This document shows, piece by piece, positions 51,416 through 60,612 of a stretch of DNA of 64,000 nt. This DNA is from Aureliella sp. GTDB lineage: Bacteria > Planctomycetota > Planctomycetia > Pirellulales > Pirellulaceae. Location of the stretch: NCBI GenBank assembly GCA_963691875.1, contig OY829846.1:1120001-1184000 (forward strand), in the 5' to 3' direction. The notes below the pieces were generated by a model. It searched no databases and was not told where the DNA came from. It was given only the letters and a program-made list of their open reading frames with translations. The position numbers were made by a program, and so were the translations under genes. How positions within the stretch are numbered: position 1 is the first letter of the stretch; each line of letters begins with the position of its first letter.

Positions 51416-53851
51416 ATGTTACGCCCTCTGCCTTTTTTGTGCATAGCAATATTGCTTTGCGGCTCAAGTAAAACATCTGCGCAGGATGATTCTTACGCTT
51501 ACAAGGTGGCTCCCGAGAACTGCCTAATGTTCTCCAGCTGGAGTGGTTTCCAGCCAGCCGCAGCCGGCACAACCAATCATGCCGAACTGATGATGAATGA
51601 ACCTGAAGTCATCGAGTTCCGGCAAGCGATCACTGAGCAACTAACTGCGTTGACTGGAATGGCCACGCGCGACGAGGCTGCGATGAAGCAGCAAGCGGTA
51701 AAGGTGATGGTGCCGCAGGTACTGACAATGCTGCTCGGCCGCCCGGGGTGCTTACTAATTGAATCGGTCGATGTCGACATGGAGGCTCAAGCCATCAAAG
51801 TCGAGGCGGGACTCGCGTTCGATTTTGGCGATCAAGCAGACGACTTCCTTAACGCTGCGATCGCGATGGCCACGAGTGAAGGAATGCCGCTTAAGGAGGG
51901 CAAGCTGGATGGTGAGACGGCTTATGCGCTGTCGATTCCCGATACGCCGTTCAAGTCCATCGTCTTCCTGTCTGCGGTGGACGGGAAAGTATTGGTCGGG
52001 GTGGGACGCAACAGCACCCTTAAACTGATTGCCGCGGCGAAGGGTGGCGGCAATACGAACAAACCAGCTTGGCTGGTAGGTCTTGAAAAGCAGTTGCCCG
52101 TGCCACGAAGAACTTCTGTTGGTTACATCAACCTTCAAGCCATCTTCGAGCAAGTTGTGGAAGCAGCAGGTCCACAAGGACAAATGGTACAAGGTATGGC
52201 TCAGACGCTTGGGCTTCACAATCTCACTAAAGTGACGACGAGCGCAGGTTATGACGAAACGGGGCTCGTGGATCAAGCTCGACTAAGTTGGTCTGGCCCG
52301 GCGACTGGCCTACTTGAGATGGTAGGCACCGAGCCATTGAATCTGAAGTCGCTGGAGAACGCTCCTGCCGACTCTCTCTTCTTGACAAGCATTTCGATCA
52401 ACCTGAATGACGTCATGACGAAATCCATGGCGTTGCTGGAAGCCATGGCGCCAAACGAGGCAGATGACCTCAAGTTCGCCTTGCAGGACATTGAAGACGA
52501 AATCAGACTGAATCCACAAGAAGATGTTTTGGCCCACTTGGGCTCCACATGGACATTGTTCAATGGAGCTGGCGATGGACTTGGAGTAGGCACACTTCTC
52601 ACCGTCGACTTGAAAAACGAAGCGGCATTAAAAAAAACGGTTGACGGCGTGCTCTCGATGTTCGAACAAATCGGAGGCCGCGGTGCACCTCAGATCATCC
52701 AACGGGATGTTGCTGAGACCACAGTTTACACTTTCACGATTCCAGAGATGCCAATGCCTTTCCAACCAAGTTGGGCAATGCATAAGAAACATCTTTGGGT
52801 CAGTCTCTATCCGCAAGTTCTGAGGCCGTACGTGGATCCTCAGCCTGGCGACGAGAAGCTGGATCTAGCCGACCTCGCAGTCGAAGAAGGCATTGTTGGC
52901 TACGCTTACCAGGATATGAAGAGGCAGTATGAGTTCCTCTATGTCTATGGCGCCGTCGGAGCAAGCTTCGCAGGAATGCTGGCTGAAGAAGCCGGGATGG
53001 GATTGGATGGCGAGGTAATCGGTCGTCTGCTGTCTTCCGTTACGCTACCTTCCTGCCGTTGTGTCTATCGTCACATCATGCCTTCACAGAATGTTCTGAG
53101 AAGTGATGAAAACGGCTGGCAACTAACCAACCTGCAAACCGTTCCTTCGGTCAATGTGACGGTCGCTGCACCGGTCATGGTTGGTCTTCTTCTACCGGCG
53201 GTGCAGGCTTCAAGAGCCGCCGCCCGCAGGGTGCAGTCCACGAATAACCTGAAGCAGATTGGTTTGGCGCTGCACAACTACGAGTCCGTCTATCGACGCT
53301 TCCCGGAAGCATACTCGAAGGACGAGGACGGGAAGCCACTCTTAAGCTGGCGTGTCCACATTCTACCTTTCATTGAGCAAGCGAACCTTTACGAGCAATT
53401 CCATCTCGATGAGCCATGGGACAGCGAGCACAATATCAAGCTTCTGGATCAAATGCCTCTCGTTTATCGTTCGCCTCAAAGCGCTGCGGAGCCTGGTATG
53501 ACCGTGTACCTTGGCAATGGAGGCGAAAAAGGAGTATTGAATAGCAACCCTGACAGTAAGGGGAAGATCATGGAGGGAACTCGTTTTGGCGACATTATCG
53601 ACGGAACCTCAAACACCATCCTGGCAATCGAGGCATCGGATGAAGCTGCTGTGCCATGGACGAAGCCAACGGAGTACGAGTTCGATGAAGACAATATGTG
53701 GGACCTGTTTGGGTTGCACGTAGGCGGCACCAACGCCCTTACCTCTGACGGTGCAGTTCATTTCCTCGCTGAGAACATCGATATAGACTTGTTCAAAGCC
53801 TTGTTCACACGCAATGGCGGCGAAGTTGTCAACCTATATGACAATTTTTGA
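51416..53851 (+). CDS. Secreted protein with large N-terminal domain and C-terminal DUF1559 / H-X9-DG domain
   Basis: LLLPAVQASRAAARRVQSTNNLKQIGLALHNY, LSWRVHILPFIEQ, DGTSNTI, VPWTKP, HVGGTNALTSDG. Confidence 0.92.
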   Translation: MLRPLPFLCIAILLCGSSKTSAQDDSYAYKVAPENCLMFSSWSGFQPAAAGTTNHAELMMNEPEVIEFRQAITEQLTALTGMATRDEAAMKQQAVKVMVPQVLTMLLGRPGCLLIESVDVDMEAQAIKVEAGLAFDFGDQADDFLNAAIAMATSEGMPLKEGKLDGETAYALSIPDTPFKSIVFLSAVDGKVLVGVGRNSTLKLIAAAKGGGNTNKPAWLVGLEKQLPVPRRTSVGYINLQAIFEQVVEAAGPQGQMVQGMAQTLGLHNLTKVTTSAGYDETGLVDQARLSWSGPATGLLEMVGTEPLNLKSLENAPADSLFLTSISINLNDVMTKSMALLEAMAPNEADDLKFALQDIEDEIRLNPQEDVLAHLGSTWTLFNGAGDGLGVGTLLTVDLKNEAALKKTVDGVLSMFEQIGGRGAPQIIQRDVAETTVYTFTIPEMPMPFQPSWAMHKKHLWVSLYPQVLRPYVDPQPGDEKLDLADLAVEEGIVGYAYQDMKRQYEFLYVYGAVGASFAGMLAEEAGMGLDGEVIGRLLSSVTLPSCRCVYRHIMPSQNVLRSDENGWQLTNLQTVPSVNVTVAAPVMVGLLLPAVQASRAAARRVQSTNNLKQIGLALHNYESVYRRFPEAYSKDEDGKPLLSWRVHILPFIEQANLYEQFHLDEPWDSEHNIKLLDQMPLVYRSPQSAAEPGMTVYLGNGGEKGVLNSNPDSKGKIMEGTRFGDIIDGTSNTILAIEASDEAAVPWTKPTEYEFDEDNMWDLFGLHVGGTNALTSDGAVHFLAENIDIDLFKALFTRNGGEVVNLYDNF

Positions 53852-53875
53852 ATTGTCTTGAACAAAGTTCTTAGG

Positions 53876-53910
53876 GGCCAGGGTTTGCACTGTAAACTCT
53901 GGCCTTTCTT
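53876..53910 (+). terminator. Rho-independent terminator
   Basis: GGCCAGGGTTTGCA/TGTAAACTCTGGCC stem followed by TTTCTT. Confidence 0.7.
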
Positions 53911-54069
53911 ACTGTTCTTTCCGATTGGTATTGGACGAGGTTACAAGTTCGTTGGAAACGCCCCTAGTGCCGCGGATTGAAAGTTCTATCCCGCGGAACG
54001 TTCCGCTGAGCCACCGGGGCGTGAAGAAGGAGTGAAACGCAGAGCCGCGAGAGACGAGGATTTGGAAAT

Positions 54070-55323
54070 ATGTGCCTCAGGAAGAGCATGAGTGGGCGAA
54101 AGAGCTATCGAATCGCAAATTCGAAGAATGGAAAAAACGCCAAGCCGCAGAGAAAGCGAAACAGCAATCTCACGCGTCGGTTCGTGGCAACAGCGATTCT
54201 CGTTGTGCTTGGACTGCGATCTGGCCAAGCGCAGGAGGACGCGGCAGGCGACATCTGGCCAAAGCTCGCTGCTTACTTTCAGTTACCAGAGGAATTTGCT
54301 GGCGAGGAATCTAGTTACAGTTCTCCACTTATTCTCGCGGGTGGTGGCCTTGTTGCAAATGCTCAGCAGTGGCAGACGCGGCGCAAGGAGCTATTTGCAG
54401 ATTGGACAGAACTTCTCGGGCAGTGGCCGCCGCTGATCAAGAATCCCGAGGTCGAAGTATTGTCTTTGACGAAACGAGAAAACTTCACTCAGCACCAAAT
54501 ACGATTTCGCTGGACTCCCTCGGAGTTGACGACTGGCTATCTTCTCGTGCCAGATTCTGCAAGCGCCTCAACACCACGTCCGGCCGTCTTAACAGTGTTC
54601 TACGAACCCGAGACTGCAATTGGGCTCGGTAAGCCGGACCGTGATTTTGCATTGCAGTTAGCCCGACGGGGTTTCGTTACTCTTTCCATCGGAACTACCG
54701 AAGCTACAAAGGCTCGAACCTACTCGCTCTATCATCCGAGCATCGAAGCCGCGCAGGTGCAACCACTGTCTATGCTCGGCTATGCAGCAGCCAATGCTTG
54801 GCAAGTTTTGGCCCAGCGGCCCGAAGTTGATCCTAAGCGTATTGGAATCGTTGGGCATTCTTTCGGCGGAAAGTGGGCTATGTTCGCCTCTTGTCTGTTC
54901 GACAAGTTCGCTTGTGCGGCATGGTCCGATCCAGGGATTGTTTTTGACGAGTCGCGACCGAGTGTGAACTACTGGGAACCTTGGTACCTTGGCTATCACC
55001 CCAAGCCTTGGCGTAAACGCGGTGTGATCACAGAAGATAATCCTGCGCGCGGACTTTATCCTAAGTTGCGTGTTGAAGGCCGGGAACTTCATGAGCTTCA
55101 TGCACTCATGGCTCCTCGGCCCTTTCTCGTTTCAGGTGGCTCAGAAGATCCACCTGAGCGTTGGCAGGCCTTACGGCGTACGATCGAAGTCAATAAGATT
55201 CTTGGCTTCGAAGACCGAGTTGGCATGAGCAATCGACCTGAACATTCTCCGAATCCAGAATCTAATGCGATCATCTATGATTTCTTCGAGCACTTTTTGC
55301 AGCTACGGAACGATGCACAGTGA
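54070..55323 (+). CDS. Secreted alpha/beta hydrolase (dienelactone hydrolase/acetyl esterase-like)
   Basis: GYLLVP, LARRGFVTL, PEVDPKRIGIVGHSFGG, ALMAPRPFL; true start may be downstream of 54070. Confidence 0.85.
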   Translation: MCLRKSMSGRKSYRIANSKNGKNAKPQRKRNSNLTRRFVATAILVVLGLRSGQAQEDAAGDIWPKLAAYFQLPEEFAGEESSYSSPLILAGGGLVANAQQWQTRRKELFADWTELLGQWPPLIKNPEVEVLSLTKRENFTQHQIRFRWTPSELTTGYLLVPDSASASTPRPAVLTVFYEPETAIGLGKPDRDFALQLARRGFVTLSIGTTEATKARTYSLYHPSIEAAQVQPLSMLGYAAANAWQVLAQRPEVDPKRIGIVGHSFGGKWAMFASCLFDKFACAAWSDPGIVFDESRPSVNYWEPWYLGYHPKPWRKRGVITEDNPARGLYPKLRVEGRELHELHALMAPRPFLVSGGSEDPPERWQALRRTIEVNKILGFEDRVGMSNRPEHSPNPESNAIIYDFFEHFLQLRNDAQ

Positions 55324-56032
55324 TTCAGAGTTTGATTCCCAGCCTCTCGGGCACTGGGATGAGCAAGAGACGGAGAGCCTCGTAGCTTTCTATACACAGA
55401 ACCACCGCCAGGACGCGTTCCTAGAGTTCTTGGTTGCTGCGTCTTCAGTAGCAAGTACTCAATCGGCAGCAACATGGCTGCTAAAACACTCGTTGGAGCA
55501 AGGACACGAAATCGGAGTCGAGCTGCGAAAGAATCTTTTTAAGAACCTTAGAAAGCTGAGCACTTGGCCTGCTAAGTTGCACCTCCTCCAGTGCTTGCAA
55601 TGGCTCGACATTCCAGCCAGAAACAAAAAGCAAATCGAGCATTTCGGGCGTTCATGCCTGCAGGATGAGAACAAGTATGTGTGCACCTGGGCTTTGACCG
55701 CTCTTCATCGTTTGGCGCACTGTCACGAGGAGTATTCTGCGGAGGTGACAGAGTTGCTCGTCGATGCTCGCGATAATGGTGCGAGCGCATCAATACGCGC
55801 ACGAGCTCGTCAGCTGCTAAAGCAGCAGATGACGAAACTCAAATTACGTATCGGAGGACGCTGGCCGCCTTACTTTGAACAGCGCTGCTCGGTTCCGAGG
55901 CCCTTGCCAAAGAGGCTGAAGGCGGCAGGGTGCCACCGACGCGGCATCTATACCAGGCTGCCACCGAAACTGAGAACCGCTGATACGGTTACTATTCGAC
56001 GTTGTCGCGGAGGACTTGGAGCAGTTCGGTAA
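55313..56032 (+). CDS. Hypothetical HEAT/ARM-like helical protein
   Basis: ATWLLKH, LHLLQCL, NKYVCTWAL, ASIRARAR; start overlaps the upstream stop; last about 60 aa look like run-on into the convergent gene. Confidence 0.6.
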   Translation: MHSDSEFDSQPLGHWDEQETESLVAFYTQNHRQDAFLEFLVAASSVASTQSAATWLLKHSLEQGHEIGVELRKNLFKNLRKLSTWPAKLHLLQCLQWLDIPARNKKQIEHFGRSCLQDENKYVCTWALTALHRLAHCHEEYSAEVTELLVDARDNGASASIRARARQLLKQQMTKLKLRIGGRWPPYFEQRCSVPRPLPKRLKAAGCHRRGIYTRLPPKLRTADTVTIRRCRGGLGAVR

Positions 56033-56813
56033 GTTCGAGATCGACTTCCTGTGGATCTTCTACCGTCTCGGAAACAACTTCGCGAAGCGAGTTGCCGAAC
56101 TTCTGACGCAAGCGATGAAGAGCCACTTTGACGGTGCCGGATGACATGTCCAGCTTCTCGCTCAGTTCTTCATACTGAGCCGCATCCATGTTTCGCGTCA
56201 ATCGCGGCACCAAAGCCTCAAAGAGCGCAGAACGATTCTTGGCGTAGTACTCCATGCGCAAGCGGTGTTTGGCTTCGGCAAGCAGGCTTGATGCCCAACT
56301 TCGCATAAAAACGCGATCCGCATCTGGCTCGCGAGATTCCAGGGCAAGCCATGTTTGCTCTCCATTGCCGACATCGAGAGAGAGCTGCCTGAGGTTGCCA
56401 CCACGTTTGGCCGCGTTCTCTTTCCGATATTGATCGACCAAAAAACGCTTCCAGGCCGTCAGTAGAAAACTCCGAAATTTTCCTTTGGCAGGATCGGCAC
56501 TATCCAACAACTCGCCATTGATGATCGCACTCAAGAACTCTTGCGTCGCATCTTCAGCATCCTGGCTGGACATGCCTTGCTTACGTGCGAAGGTGTAGAG
56601 AGGCTGCCAGTAGCAGCGGACGACCTCCGTAAGCGCGGGGCGACCATGCTTGGAGTCTTCTTTGGCTGCCTGCCAAACAAGCGTCCAATGCGTCGTCGCA
56701 AATTGCGAATTGCCCGGGTTCAACGCTGTTGTACCTTCTAGTTCGTGTACCGCCCTCGAATCAAGCGCGGTGGAACTGCGATTTTGCCATTGCGTGGGAT
56801 TGCCTTCATCCAT
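55992..56813 (-). CDS. ECF sigma-70 factor (F.TT.W.LV type)
   Basis: FATTHWTLV, YWQPLY.FAR, DAEDATQEF, KGKFRSFLL, VKVALHRLRQ, ETV...EVDLEL. Confidence 0.92.
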   Translation of the reverse strand: MDEGNPTQWQNRSSTALDSRAVHELEGTTALNPGNSQFATTHWTLVWQAAKEDSKHGRPALTEVVRCYWQPLYTFARKQGMSSQDAEDATQEFLSAIINGELLDSADPAKGKFRSFLLTAWKRFLVDQYRKENAAKRGGNLRQLSLDVGNGEQTWLALESREPDADRVFMRSWASSLLAEAKHRLRMEYYAKNRSALFEALVPRLTRNMDAAQYEELSEKLDMSSGTVKVALHRLRQKFGNSLREVVSETVEDPQEVDLELTELLQVLRDNVE

Positions 56814-56837
56814 TCGTCGATTGTGGCGTCCCCTTTG

Positions 56838-58304
56838 CTACTTACCAACTGAATTTAGCCGATTTCTCAATGCCAAGCGTCGCTCTGCCAAAATCCGCGA
56901 GTGACCGTCGCTCTCGACCAAGTTGTGAATTTCTCCAGGATCTTTCTGGACGTCGTAAAGTTCTTCGGAACCATCCTTGTAAATCATGTAGTGCCAGGAA
57001 GCATTACGAAGTGAATGCCCCTTATTGATCGATAGGGCAGCGTCCCGAACTTTAGCACTCGGGTCTTGCAGGATCGGCCGCAGGCTCTTGCCTTGAGCCG
57101 TTTTAGGAACGGGAAGGCCAACGAGATCGGAGAGGGTCGGGAAGAGATCCAGCAACTCGACGAATGACTCGCTCCTACCCGGCTTCATTCCAGGAACAGA
57201 AATGATCATCGGCACACGAATGGCTTCTTCGTGCAGATTCGACTTTTGCCAGAATCCATGCTCTCCCAAGTGGTAGCCGTGATCGCTGATAAACACAATC
57301 GCTGTGCTTTCTCGCAGGCCAAGTTCGTCAAGCTTGCTCACGATACGGCCGACTTGCTGATCCATGAAAGAAACGGAAGCGTAGTAGCCACTCCACATTC
57401 GTTTCTGATTGTCTGGATATTGACCGATCGGATTGGCGGAGTTCCGAGTGCCGGCCAGTCCTGCATTGGGAATGTCCTCGTAGTCGTCCTCAGGGAAATA
57501 CGGCAGCTTGATATTCTGCCATGGATATTGGGAAAAGTAGTTCCGCGGTGCGACCATCGGGTAGTGTGGGCGAACCAATCCGAGCGCAAGAAAGAATGGC
57601 TTTGCGTGGCTTGCCTCAAGCAACTCCATGGCTTTGCTGGTTGCCTTGTAGTCTGCCTGCTCTTCGCCAAGCCCGTCTGTCTCGACCGTCACAAACATCC
57701 GATGCTTCGTCTGAGTTGACTCACGATTCTCCATTGCGTCGGTGAAAACATTCAGATTTAAGCACGCATAGTCTCCCGGCGTATGAGCTTCAGGTCCCGG
57801 TGCGTTAAAACGCTCTGACCACGAGGAAGCCTCATCCTCTCCGTTTGTGCCCGCAATGATATCTCCTGGTACTCGCATGTGATAAATCTTGCCGACGCGA
57901 GCGCTGTACCAACCGTTTTCGCGAAAGTGCTGGCCGAGGTTCACGGGCGCCTTGCCCATGTAGCGACTAAACATAAAGGAACGTCGAGAAGGACCGCAAA
58001 CCACGCCTTGGCAATAAGCGCGTTCGAACACCATGCTTCTTTCAGCCAATGCATCGATGTTCGGCGTCTTGCAGTTCGGATCACCGTAACAGCCGAGCAC
58101 GCTCGCCTTGAGGTCATCTGAAACGATGAACAGCACGTTCTTGATTGGATTCCCGCCACTCGCCTCACTGGTAGCGGAGGTCGTCAAGACTTTCGGCCCC
58201 GTTCCGCTTCCTCCAAGACTCGCCGCAACTAAAGCACTGAAAAAAAGGAACGAACCAATCAGGGCCCTGAATCCTAAATGAAAAACGTGTTGACTCGATC
58301 TCAT
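56838..58304 (-). CDS. Formylglycine-dependent sulfatase (iduronate-2-sulfatase-like)
   Basis: NVLFIVSDDL, CGPSR, GKIYH, RPHYP, SDHGYHLGEH..WQK; start approximate. Confidence 0.93.
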   Translation of the reverse strand: MRSSQHVFHLGFRALIGSFLFFSALVAASLGGSGTGPKVLTTSATSEASGGNPIKNVLFIVSDDLKASVLGCYGDPNCKTPNIDALAERSMVFERAYCQGVVCGPSRRSFMFSRYMGKAPVNLGQHFRENGWYSARVGKIYHMRVPGDIIAGTNGEDEASSWSERFNAPGPEAHTPGDYACLNLNVFTDAMENRESTQTKHRMFVTVETDGLGEEQADYKATSKAMELLEASHAKPFFLALGLVRPHYPMVAPRNYFSQYPWQNIKLPYFPEDDYEDIPNAGLAGTRNSANPIGQYPDNQKRMWSGYYASVSFMDQQVGRIVSKLDELGLRESTAIVFISDHGYHLGEHGFWQKSNLHEEAIRVPMIISVPGMKPGRSESFVELLDLFPTLSDLVGLPVPKTAQGKSLRPILQDPSAKVRDAALSINKGHSLRNASWHYMIYKDGSEELYDVQKDPGEIHNLVESDGHSRILAERRLALRNRLNSVGK

Positions 58305-58318
58305 TTCATGATGCCAAT

Positions 58319-59194
58319 TCATGCACTTCTTTCTACTTCGGGCCACTTGTCACTTACTATGAAAACAGGTGTTTCAACAGGTGATAGGTCTTCTGCAGCA
58401 TTTTTTACCATGATACTAGAAAGAAGGCTGCTCGTTAAACCAAGGAAGTGCTTTTCAATCCGAGCCAAGAACTCCTCTCTTGCCAACCACTCAGGGTTGA
58501 GTTCTCGCGACAACCAAAACGGCTTCCGCTGCACTCGAAAAACGGCCGCAGGGTACGACGACAGAAAATCCCGCAATTCATTCGAGCGGCACCAAAGGCC
58601 TTCCAAGTGGTTGGAATTAAGTTGTTGGCAGTCCATTTGCAGGGAAGCGTGAAAGTGGCGATGAATGCGACCAAGCATCATCAGCTTCCGATCATCTACC
58701 TTTTGATCAAGTCGTTCGCTCAGCGTGAGTTGATGCCGTTGCAAGTGTTCGAGCTTGCGATGCAAGCTGTCTGCCGGATTCGGACCGATTAGAGCTCGCT
58801 CACCGGCCAGACCCGCTAAGCCTCCCAAGTGCAGAAAGAACTTTACAGCAACTTCCAGGTGTAAGGTTCTGCCAAGGCGGTCCTCAAGTAGAAAGTCGAT
58901 TTCGCCAATCGTGCGCGGGCCATCAAAGATCTGATGGTGCGCAAGCAAAATGTTGAAACCTGCAAGCTCACGTAAGGCATAGTGGACAAGGGCTTCGAAG
59001 TAATCCCCCACTCGATGGCTTCGGCACTGCTCATTCATGAAGGAAGCTAGATCGCTCGAATCCAATGTCTGGAAACGGGTGCGCGTCTCAGGTAAAAACT
59101 CAAAAGTTGGCAGAGCCGTTGAATTTAACAAACTCGGACTGCTGATAACCCACTCGAGGTCACTGGTCAGTTGCTCTGGGTTCCATGTGCTCAA
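58319..59194 (-). CDS. DUF1853 family protein
   Basis: DLEWVISSP, RVGDYFEAL, TIGEIDFLL, HLEVAVKFFL, GPN..DSL.RKL, WP; TTG start at 59194 chosen to avoid overlap with aspC. Confidence 0.85.
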   Translation of the reverse strand: MSTWNPEQLTSDLEWVISSPSLLNSTALPTFEFLPETRTRFQTLDSSDLASFMNEQCRSHRVGDYFEALVHYALRELAGFNILLAHHQIFDGPRTIGEIDFLLEDRLGRTLHLEVAVKFFLHLGGLAGLAGERALIGPNPADSLHRKLEHLQRHQLTLSERLDQKVDDRKLMMLGRIHRHFHASLQMDCQQLNSNHLEGLWCRSNELRDFLSSYPAAVFRVQRKPFWLSRELNPEWLAREEFLARIEKHFLGLTSSLLSSIMVKNAAEDLSPVETPVFIVSDKWPEVERSA

Positions 59195-59216
59195 CGCGAA
59201 TTGCCCGGACTCGATT

Positions 59217-60407
59217 CTATATCTTGGTCGCCTCGAGCACCGCATCCGCAAAGTAGTCAAGGTTTCTTGCGGAGATCCCAGCGACATTGATGCGTCCGCT
59301 TCCAACGATGTAGACTCCTCGCTCATTTTTGAGCCAATCGACTTGCATCGGAGTAAGTCCGCTGAAGGAAAACATGCCGTTTTGCTGCAGAAGGAATGAG
59401 AAGTCAACATCACAGTCCCGCTGCTTCATCGCGTCGACGAAATCAGAACGCGTCGAGTGAATGCGGGCTCGCATCTGAGACAACTCGTCTTCCCATTCAG
59501 CACGCAACTCTGCTGAGTCTAGGATCGCTGCGACGATGGCTGCACCATGCTTGGGGGGATTGGAGTAATTGCAGCGCACGGCTCGCTTGAGGTTACTCTG
59601 CAGATTTACCTTGGCGCTGGCTTCGGGAGCCACAGCGATGAGAGCACCGATGCGCTCGCCGTAGAGCCCAAAGTTCTTGGAGTAAGAACTGCAAATCATG
59701 AACTCTTCGTGCTGAACCGAGATAGCTTTCAGTGCCGCGCGATCCTCATCTAGCCCACATCCAAAACCTTGGTACGCAAAATCGATCAACGGCAGCATGC
59801 CGCGTTGTGCGCTAAGTTCCGCCAGATCTTCCCATTGGCTTTCCGTCAGATCGACACCTGTTGGGTTGTGGCAGCAGCCATGAAGCAGAAGCACGTCGCC
59901 TACTTTGCCACCTGTTTCAATCGCATCCATCATGGCTTGGAAATCCAGCGACTTGCCGTCAGCGGCGAGGTACGGATAGCTCTCGACTGCGATACCGGCT
60001 GATGCAAACACGGCGGGATGATTCGGCCAAGTCGGAGTGCTTAGCCAGACTCGCGATCCGCCGAAGGCAGCACCAAGAAAGTCAGCTGCTACGCGTAGAG
60101 CGCCAGTTCCGCCAGGAGTCTGAAATACGGCTACACGATCTTCCGAGACCAAATCGCCAAGCGTCAATTCTCTGGCTCTTTGGTGAAACGCTGGCAAGCC
60201 ATCGATTCCGAGGTAACCCTTCGAATTTTCCGTCTCGCAAAGCTGCTTTTCCGCTTTCTGAACGGCAGCAAGTATGGGTGTCACGCCTTGGTCATCTTGG
60301 TAAACGCCGATCGTGAGATTCATTTTCTCCGCGCGATCATCCTTCTTGAAAGCTTCGGACAGGCCAAGAATTGGGTCGGGCGGGACGGATGCGACGTTTT
60401 CAAACAT
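59217..60407 (-). CDS. aspC: Aspartate/aromatic amino acid aminotransferase
   Basis: PPDPILGL, QTPGGTGAL, PTWPNH, HGCCHNPTG, DFAYQGFG, SYSKNFGLYGERIG, GMFSFSG, RINVAG. Confidence 0.93.
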   Translation of the reverse strand: MFENVASVPPDPILGLSEAFKKDDRAEKMNLTIGVYQDDQGVTPILAAVQKAEKQLCETENSKGYLGIDGLPAFHQRARELTLGDLVSEDRVAVFQTPGGTGALRVAADFLGAAFGGSRVWLSTPTWPNHPAVFASAGIAVESYPYLAADGKSLDFQAMMDAIETGGKVGDVLLLHGCCHNPTGVDLTESQWEDLAELSAQRGMLPLIDFAYQGFGCGLDEDRAALKAISVQHEEFMICSSYSKNFGLYGERIGALIAVAPEASAKVNLQSNLKRAVRCNYSNPPKHGAAIVAAILDSAELRAEWEDELSQMRARIHSTRSDFVDAMKQRDCDVDFSFLLQQNGMFSFSGLTPMQVDWLKNERGVYIVGSGRINVAGISARNLDYFADAVLEATKI

Positions 60408-60612
60408 GAAGGTTCTCAAATGGATCGGGGCGTAGACAGAGGTTGGGAGCCCATTGACTGGCAAACCGGACACTTGCTAGTCGGGCCCGGTTCGCTACTC
60501 CGTACAAGCTTCCTGTTTGAAGCCCATTTGGTCTAGCCCATCCAGCTGCTGCGCTAAAGAATTCCGTGCGTTGCCTGGTTGGTATTCAGTTGGCTGAAGC
60601 TTGAGAGATGAC

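Noticed and set aside
49950..53851. Diversity-generating retroelement template/variable repeat pair
   Set aside because: Similarity is visible only at protein level with indels; no adenine-specific mismatch pattern and no reverse transcriptase in the window
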